From contig JAAUYS010000080.1 in NCBI GenBank assembly GCA_014804995.1, positions 20,343-84,342 of the forward strand: a stretch of DNA of 64,000 nt. The letters are read 5' to 3'. Shown here piece by piece: positions 59,548-64,000 of this stretch. Under the pieces are notes generated by a model, which did not search any database, had not been told where the DNA came from, and saw only the letters and a program-made list of their open reading frames with translations. Each line of letters opens with the position of its first letter. The first letter of the stretch is position 1. Both the position numbers and the translations under genes were made by a program. The DNA comes from Clostridia bacterium (GTDB taxonomy: Bacteria > Bacillota > Clostridia > Christensenellales > Borkfalkiaceae).

Positions 59548-59711
59548 AGTTCTGTAATATTTAAATCATAATGTAAACTATTATTATTTTCATCTCTAAC
59601 TGTGTCCCATAATGCGTCTATCAAGGCATTATTTATAGCTTTTGTCAAATCTTCTGTTGTACAATTTGCTTTAGGATCATATTTTATACTAATAAGTAGT
59701 TTCAATTTCAT
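59544..59711 (-). CDS. possible small ORF (55 aa), below the ORF-track cutoff
   Basis: MKLKLLISIKYDPKANCTTEDLTKAINNALIDALWDTVRDENNNSLHYDLNITEL. TGA overlaps the next ATG. Confidence 0.4.
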   Translation of the reverse strand: MKLKLLISIKYDPKANCTTEDLTKAINNALIDALWDTVRDENNNSLHYDLNITEL

Positions 59712-59828
59712 ATTTGTAGTTGTTTTAGTTTAGTTCTATTAAGTTTAATTTGAAAAAGAGTAAAATATTCTGTATATATCATACGGCATACGTAATACAT
59801 AATACAGCACAATATATACAAAATACTA

Positions 59829-60098
59829 TTAATAATCGCTCTTTAACAATTCTACTAAACATTGTTTGTGATATTCACATAATGCTTGTGTAGAATGTAC
59901 GGTTCTACTAGTTTCTGAAAATATATCACTTTCATAAACTATAGATCCTACAATGTCTTCTAGATCTTCTTTTGGTTCTGTTATGTAAGCTGGATCCATT
60001 CCTATTCCATGAACTAATTCCATGATTCTGCAATTAAATGTTTCATGTCCATCATTCATAGCACTGATGTAGAAATGGTCATCAATAAAGAGTTTCAT
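59829..60098 (-). CDS. hypothetical protein (89 aa)
   Basis: Same-strand ORF. Confidence 0.5.
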   Translation of the reverse strand: MKLFIDDHFYISAMNDGHETFNCRIMELVHGIGMDPAYITEPKEDLEDIVGSIVYESDIFSETSRTVHSTQALCEYHKQCLVELLKSDY

Positions 60099-60108
60099 AA
60101 GATAAAGT

Positions 60109-60306
60109 TTAAATTGTTAAAGATATTATTGCTGCTACAATAACAAATGACATAGATAAAAAAAATGATAACAAGAATATTGTTCCAAATACTTTTATTA
60201 CATCAGGTGATATTGTTTTTCTAAAAGAAGCTATCATTAGCAATATAGCTAATGAAAATACAAAGAAGATTAATCCTCCTTGTAATAGTGAATTAACTGC
60301 AATCAT
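60109..60306 (-). CDS. small membrane protein (65 aa, 2 predicted TM helices)
   Basis: Hydrophobic stretches LIFFVFSLAILLMIASF and IFLLSFFLSMSFVIVAAIISL. Confidence 0.55.
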   Translation of the reverse strand: MIAVNSLLQGGLIFFVFSLAILLMIASFRKTISPDVIKVFGTIFLLSFFLSMSFVIVAAIISLTI

Positions 60307-60309
60307 TTG

Positions 60310-60624
60310 TTATTTTTTAAAGATTACTACTGTGTCTTTCTTAACCAATTCTGTTCCTTCAATCATTTCAATTATTCGAAGTTCTGTTTTATCTCGATAT
60401 ACATCTATTGCTGATGGATGATCTTTTTCCCATACTTTTATAAGTAAAGAAACTAATAGAATACCTATTAATACACATATAAATCTCATAAGGAATAATC
60501 TTTTGTTTAATTCTCTTCTTTTATCATTAACATAGAATTTTCCTAATTTAACATCTATATCTGCATCTGCCCAACCTGCAATACATGCACAAGCTAAAAG
60601 TAAAATAATTATAACGTAAATCAT
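60310..60624 (-). CDS. membrane protein (104 aa, 2 TM helices plus soluble tail)
   Basis: MIYVIIILLLACACIAGWA and FICVLIGILLVSLLI. Confidence 0.55.
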   Translation of the reverse strand: MIYVIIILLLACACIAGWADADIDVKLGKFYVNDKRRELNKRLFLMRFICVLIGILLVSLLIKVWEKDHPSAIDVYRDKTELRIIEMIEGTELVKKDTVVIFKK

Positions 60625-60625
60625 A

Positions 60626-60799
60626 TTATTTTGAAATTAAAATTGATACTGATTGAACAGTTGACAATGTGATAATAGCTACAGATATTATACATAATGT
60701 AGCTATGATTCCTTTTAATACATCATCGTCGTTAGTTAATATTCCTACAAACGATAATAATAAAAATAAGGATACTAGTGTTAAAATTGCAATTTCCAT
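60626..60799 (-). CDS. small membrane protein (57 aa), below the ORF-track cutoff
   Basis: My translation: MEIAILTLVSLFLLLSFVGILTNDDDVLKGIIATLCIISVAIITLSTVQSVSILISK. Confidence 0.45.
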   Translation of the reverse strand: MEIAILTLVSLFLLLSFVGILTNDDDVLKGIIATLCIISVAIITLSTVQSVSILISK

Positions 60800-60814
60800 A
60801 ATTTTAGATTTAGA

Positions 60815-60994
60815 TTAATAACCTATTAATGATACAATCATTGATGATACAAATGAAATAAAACCTATTACAAATAGTATTCTTTCAAATATTGAAAATT
60901 CTTTTTTTGAAGCTAATGCTAATACTGTTTCAGTTATTAATAAAATAAAGAAACATATTAAAGCACAACTAGCTAAAATGTAAGATGATTTCAT
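60815..60994 (-). CDS. small membrane protein (59 aa), below the ORF-track cutoff
   Basis: My translation: MKSSYILASCALICFFILLITETVLALASKKEFSIFERILFVIGFISFVSSMIVSLIGY. Confidence 0.45.
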   Translation of the reverse strand: MKSSYILASCALICFFILLITETVLALASKKEFSIFERILFVIGFISFVSSMIVSLIGY

Positions 60995-61005
60995 TTTGTT
61001 TATTT

Positions 61006-61227
61006 TTAAATTAATAAATGTATTATGGGTATTAATATTATAGCTAATATTATCAGTATAGTAGCACTTATAATTAATACTACTCCTAGTTTGTCTATTT
61101 TTTCATGTTTGCTTGTGTATTTTGCACTAGTTGTTATTGTTAAACAAATTAAACTAGTTAATGCAAAAATTAAAGATAATACTAATAATGATCCTTGTGT
61201 TATCACTAGTGTTTCTGAAGTATTCAT
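61006..61227 (-). CDS. small membrane protein (73 aa from ATG 61227)
   Basis: MNTSETLVITQGSLLVLSLIFALTSLICLTI..GVVLIISATILIILAIILIPIIHLLI. The ORF-track start 61278 overlaps the upstream gene. Confidence 0.5.
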   Translation of the reverse strand: MNTSETLVITQGSLLVLSLIFALTSLICLTITTSAKYTSKHEKIDKLGVVLIISATILIILAIILIPIIHLLI

Positions 61228-61238
61228 AAAAATGATTT

Positions 61239-61427
61239 TTAAATTAAAAGTTTTATATAAAATATAGGTATTAAACAAAATAATAATACTACTATTACAA
61301 GTGTTAATAATATTTTACCTATAATTATTTCTGTTTTGTTTTTAGTGAAGTTTCCAAGCTCTATTGCTATTACACTTAACATTAATAATATAATTGTTAG
61401 AGCAAACATTATTTCTAAAAGAGTCAT
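61239..61427 (-). CDS. small membrane protein (62 aa)
   Basis: IMFALTIILLMLSVIAI and ILLTLVIVVLLFCLIPIFYI. Confidence 0.5.
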   Translation of the reverse strand: MTLLEIMFALTIILLMLSVIAIELGNFTKNKTEIIIGKILLTLVIVVLLFCLIPIFYIKLLI

Positions 61428-61684
61428 TGAAAAAGAGTTTTTGGTTAAAGTTAAAAAGGATAATGAAATAATTAGAAAAAAGTTGTTAGAATGAGAGATT
61501 AAAGAATTTATTTAATTAGGAGGAGAAATGAAAGAATTGATAAGAGTTGTGATAGAGGTTGTGGAAGTAGCTCCACTCTCCACTTTACTCTCAACACTAT
61601 TCTCAAAACTCTAAACTCTATACTCCTAATCCTCTAAATAATTCTGTTTATCTCAAACATCTTCATAATTCTCTTTATACTCTT
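61426..61684. other. abrupt base-composition switch: a 145-nt C-free tract, then a 114-nt tract with a single G
   Basis: No C on the + strand from 61426 to 61570. No G from 61571 to 61645, and only one G (61646) up to 61684. The switch is centred on the GTGGA-agtagc-TCCAC hairpin at 61561-61576. Confidence 0.8.
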
Positions 61685-61694
61685 GTTCTACTTT

Positions 61695-61789
61695 CTGTCG
61701 ATTAAACGGACGTTACAACTAACAAAATATATTATTACTATCTTGTATAAACTTAATAGTATTAATAATATTCTGCTGATTAAACGGAT
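61695..61789. promoter_or_regulatory. 17-nt direct repeat pair CTG(T/C)(C/T)GATTAAACGGA
   Basis: 61695-61711 CTGTCGATTAAACGGAC and 61773-61789 CTGCTGATTAAACGGAT, with starts 78 bp apart. Confidence 0.5.
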
Positions 61790-61799
61790 TGCTCACGGC

Positions 61800-61847
61800 A
61801 AAAAAAAGTAAGCAATGAAGCTACACAGTAGTAGCTCCATCACTTAC
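61800..61847 (-). terminator. strong intrinsic terminator after 61866..62492
   Basis: 17-bp stem (3 G-U pairs): GTAAGTGATGGAGCTAC-tactgt-GTAGCTTCATTGCTTAC, followed by T8. Confidence 0.8.
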
Positions 61848-61865
61848 CAGAGAAAAGGATTAACA

Positions 61866-62492
61866 CTAATCCTCAATAGATGTTTCACCAGTTTCACTCA
61901 CCACAGGTTCTTTAGCAGCTCCGGGATTAGAAATCTTTGCTTTCTGCCGATTACGATTAGTAACGACACAATTGATAAATTCCTTAACCACAGACGGCAC
62001 AAGACCTTGCTTCATAAAGACACCAATCAAAGCTGTCTCTCCGACATTCTTAGCACCAGCAAAAGAATTATAAGAGGCAGTATGATACTGAATCTCATCA
62101 TTCTCATCATAGTACGTAGTTTCGCCGGCAATACATTGATCCATGATTACGTTCACAATATTACCTTCAAACAGAATAGCGGACATACCGTATTTGTCCC
62201 ATTGAGCAAAGGTAACATAAACGTCAACCATAGGATTACCGTTAAGAGGATCAACGGTTACCAAATAGCAATCGTGTTTAAACTTAGATTCGTTAGAGTT
62301 CTTCTTTTTGTAGTTTTCTTTTAACATCTCTTTCACATCGATTACTTCTCCAGTAACCATCATCCGCAAAGGTGCATTCATTTCTGCCATAACTTTTAGA
62401 TTTAAATTGTTAATACTATGAGCAAGTGCACTCACTCGCCCAAATTCAATAAGGGTGTTTGTAGTGGTGATTAGACGGAGTTTGTAGGTCAT
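61866..62492 (-). CDS. hypothetical protein (208 aa), G+C-enriched; paralog of 63221..63646
   Basis: Shares DPLNGNPMVDVYV / NTIDGEPINDLFI and VNVIMDQCIAGETTYYDENDE / VDVVYKECIAGVTQYFKDEFE with the other ORF. Hairpin terminators abut both ends. Confidence 0.6.
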   Translation of the reverse strand: MTYKLRLITTTNTLIEFGRVSALAHSINNLNLKVMAEMNAPLRMMVTGEVIDVKEMLKENYKKKNSNESKFKHDCYLVTVDPLNGNPMVDVYVTFAQWDKYGMSAILFEGNIVNVIMDQCIAGETTYYDENDEIQYHTASYNSFAGAKNVGETALIGVFMKQGLVPSVVKEFINCVVTNRNRQKAKISNPGAAKEPVVSETGETSIED

Positions 62493-62528
62493 AAAAAAAG
62501 AGAGACTACTAATAATAGTAATCTCTCT
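62493..62528 (-). terminator. strong hairpin plus T7 abutting the ATG of 61866..62492
   Basis: 13-bp stem: AGAGAGATTACTA-ttat-TAGTAGTCTCTCT, then TTTTTTT, then ATG with no spacer. Confidence 0.65.
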
Positions 62529-62618
62529 ATAATCTTACCAATCTCTAGGAGTATCAGTAAGGTTTTCTAAACCCTCTGCAAGAACTTCACTAAATTCATT
62601 AAAGTCTTCATCCATAAC

Positions 62619-62861
62619 TTAATAAAATTCATTAACAAAACAATGATACACTTTAACAACACAATCACTAACATTAGCTACAGCATCTTGATCTTTAAGA
62701 TAATTAGCTAAAGTATTAGCCACAACACTATCCTTACAAAAGAAATATAACTCATTTTTTAGAGCATTTTTATCTCTTGTAATAGAAGAAACACCAAAAT
62801 TAAAAAATGGAACATCTATAATACAATTATTAGATGTATTTCTAAGAGTAACTCCAATCAT
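62619..62861 (-). CDS. small hypothetical protein (family Q)
   Basis: LYFFCKDSVVANTLANYLKD core. Confidence 0.5.
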   Translation of the reverse strand: MIGVTLRNTSNNCIIDVPFFNFGVSSITRDKNALKNELYFFCKDSVVANTLANYLKDQDAVANVSDCVVKVYHCFVNEFY

Positions 62862-62873
62862 AATAAGATAAAT

Positions 62874-63131
62874 TTAATAATCATAAACAACTTCCTTAAT
62901 TTCATAATTTTCGACGCATACATCATTCTTACTAATATAAGAATCAACTTCTAAATCCTTAAAATAATTTTTAAGACATAAAGCATCATCTTCTGTATTA
63001 CAAGTAATCCAAGTAACACGAACATCATCAAATCTATTATAAGATAATAATGATTTTACAACACACTCTCTAGTTGTAAATGTTACCATCTTTTTAGTAA
63101 AAACATTCCATAAACAAACTAAACTGTTCAT
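62874..63131 (-). CDS. small hypothetical protein (family Q)
   Basis: VTWITCNTEDDALCLKNYFKD core. Confidence 0.5.
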   Translation of the reverse strand: MNSLVCLWNVFTKKMVTFTTRECVVKSLLSYNRFDDVRVTWITCNTEDDALCLKNYFKDLEVDSYISKNDVCVENYEIKEVVYDY

Positions 63132-63154
63132 AATAAGATAAATTTAAGAATTAA

Positions 63155-63226
63155 TTAATTGATTATCTGCAATAAGTGCATTGAAAGTAAGGGAGGAATC
63201 GAACCTCCCCAAATACCATATTACTT
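63155..63226 (-). ncRNA. tRNA-like element 1: 45-nt acceptor/T-arm minihelix (63182-63226), a 4-bp hairpin, and ATAATCAA
   Basis: Minus strand: AAGTAAT-ATGGTATTTGG-GGAGG-TTCGATT-CCTCC-CTTACTT-T-CA, then ATGCActtatTGCAG-ATAATCAA. The T-loop TTCGATT has a G53-C61-type closing pair. There is no D or anticodon arm. Confidence 0.6.
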
Positions 63227-63646
63227 TTGTAAATCTCTAAGGTCAGCATAAAGATCTTTCATACCAGCCTTAGCACACGCAAGCAATAAGTTAATATCAT
63301 TTGTACACTGAATATCAACTATTTGCTTATGATCATAATGATGAGTATAAACAGCATCTTCATAATCTATTTCCTCATCGTCATCTTCAAATTCATCCTT
63401 GAAGTATTGAGTAACTCCAGCAATACACTCTTTGTAAACTACATCAACAAATTTACCAAAGAGAGAATCTATCTTATTTAATAGTTTCTCACCAATGAAT
63501 AAATCATTGATTGGTTCACCGTCAATTGTGTTAGCATCAAGTTTATAACGCTTGTAGTCATTAGCATCATTGCCAATCTCAATAGCTTTGTTCAATACTA
63601 CAGCATTAACTCTCTTCACTTCGGGGAACATAATTTTTGTTTCCAT
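63221..63646 (-). CDS. hypothetical acidic protein (141 aa from ATG 63646); paralog of 61866..62492
   Basis: The first 32 codons of the ORF-track entry (start 63742) are read-through of tRNA-like element 2. METKIMFPEV is the plausible start. Confidence 0.55.
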   Translation of the reverse strand: METKIMFPEVKRVNAVVLNKAIEIGNDANDYKRYKLDANTIDGEPINDLFIGEKLLNKIDSLFGKFVDVVYKECIAGVTQYFKDEFEDDDEEIDYEDAVYTHHYDHKQIVDIQCTNDINLLLACAKAGMKDLYADLRDLQK

Positions 63647-63669
63647 AATTAAATAATTTTGTAAGTTAG

Positions 63670-63745
63670 AAATTTGATTATCTGCACCACTATTGTGCAT
63701 TGTAGCATGCCTAGGAATCGAACCTAGGCTAGTACCATACATGCT
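63670..63745 (-). ncRNA. tRNA-like element 2: 45-nt acceptor/T-arm minihelix (63701-63745), a 5-bp hairpin, and ATAATCAA
   Basis: Minus strand: AGCATGT-ATGGTACTAGC-CTAGG-TTCGATT-CCTAG-GCATGCT-A-CA, then ATGCACaatagtgGTGCAG-ATAATCAA. Both stems differ from element 1 by compensatory changes. The connector is 11 nt in both. Confidence 0.6.
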
Positions 63746-63963
63746 TAATGAAATTTAATAGTTAATCCCGAATCATCAAATGTAACATCATTATCTCCGA
63801 TAAAACAAGATATACCACAATCATTATACATTTTACGTGCATAATACTCTGCTAATTCCATTGTATCAAATACAATAGTACAAGCATAATCTTTGACAGA
63901 AATCTCAGTTACATTAAAGATAACACATTTTCCATAACAATTCGTAATGTAAACAGTTTTCAT
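63745..63963 (-). CDS. small hypothetical protein (family Q)
   Basis: CTIVFDTMELAEYYARKMYND core. Confidence 0.5.
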   Translation of the reverse strand: MKTVYITNCYGKCVIFNVTEISVKDYACTIVFDTMELAEYYARKMYNDCGISCFIGDNDVTFDDSGLTIKFH

Positions 63964-64000
63964 AATAATTTATTTTAAAGGTTAAACATTATCAAAATCA

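Noticed and set aside
34091-62324. Opposite-strand and alternative-frame ORFs inside minus-strand genes (e.g. 34091..34456, 37740..38144, 41534..41908, 42401..42928, 42388..42597, 51513..51800, 52787..53077, 61025..61267, 61815..62324).
   Set aside because: Each is embedded in a longer ORF that has recognisable motifs or consistent same-strand packing. Their translations are low-complexity.
63647-63742. N-terminal 32 codons of ORF 63221..63742 (MYGTSLGSIPRHATMHNSGADNQISNLQNYLI).
   Set aside because: These codons are a read-through of the tRNA-like minihelix and its second hairpin. The start was moved to ATG 63646.
63182-63745. Canonical tRNA genes, suggested by the GGTTCGATTCC T-arm sequences.
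   Set aside because: Only 11 nt separate the acceptor 5' strand from the T-stem in both copies, so there is no D-arm or anticodon arm. They are reported as tRNA-like minihelices, not tRNAs.
1-64000. A lysogeny or integration module (integrase, repressor, att site), given the tRNA-like 3' fragments.
   Set aside because: No integrase- or recombinase-like ORF was recognised. The tRNA-like elements contain both acceptor strands, so they are folded minihelices rather than the 3' tRNA fragments typical of attP.

Overview
The window is strongly AT-rich, gene-dense phage DNA laid out like a crAss-like (Crassvirales) podophage. Two convergent blocks meet at about 32.35-32.64 kb.

Left block, + strand, 1-32349: seven virion-module ORFs. 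They end in a 2603-aa protein with an HExxH zincin motif and a 4456-aa protein with a DFDID (DxDxD) motif. The second is the signature of the virion-packaged two-barrel RNA polymerase of crAss-like phages.

Right block, - strand, 63963 down to 32637:
- A replication and nucleotide-metabolism module: DUF932, ThyX-like, DUF3310, MazG, ATP-dependent DNA ligase, Toprim primase, RecT-like, family B DNA polymerase, UDG-like and SF1 helicase.
- About 35 small, tightly coupled early-type ORFs. These include a six-member Cys-rich paralog family, a second small paralog family, an array of six small membrane proteins, and a lipoprotein next to a membrane HExxH protein.

I saw no integrase, CRISPR array, reverse transcriptase or canonical tRNA.

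The signals that ordinary annotation does not explain are:
1. A roughly 48-nt GC-rich element present eight times in both orientations, in genes and between genes. Three neighbouring pairs are arranged like terminal inverted repeats. One pair brackets the zincin module of the 2603-aa protein in frame. Another forms a 210-bp palindrome at the convergence point.
2. Two 45-nt tRNA-like minihelices (acceptor stem plus a canonical T-arm, with no D or anticodon arm) that show compensatory stem changes.
3. A 440-bp non-coding region with an abrupt switch from a C-free tract to a G-free tract.
4. An iteron-like 9-mer array upstream of a G+C-enriched gene.

All functional calls rest on motifs I recognise by eye and on gene order. 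No database search was possible.
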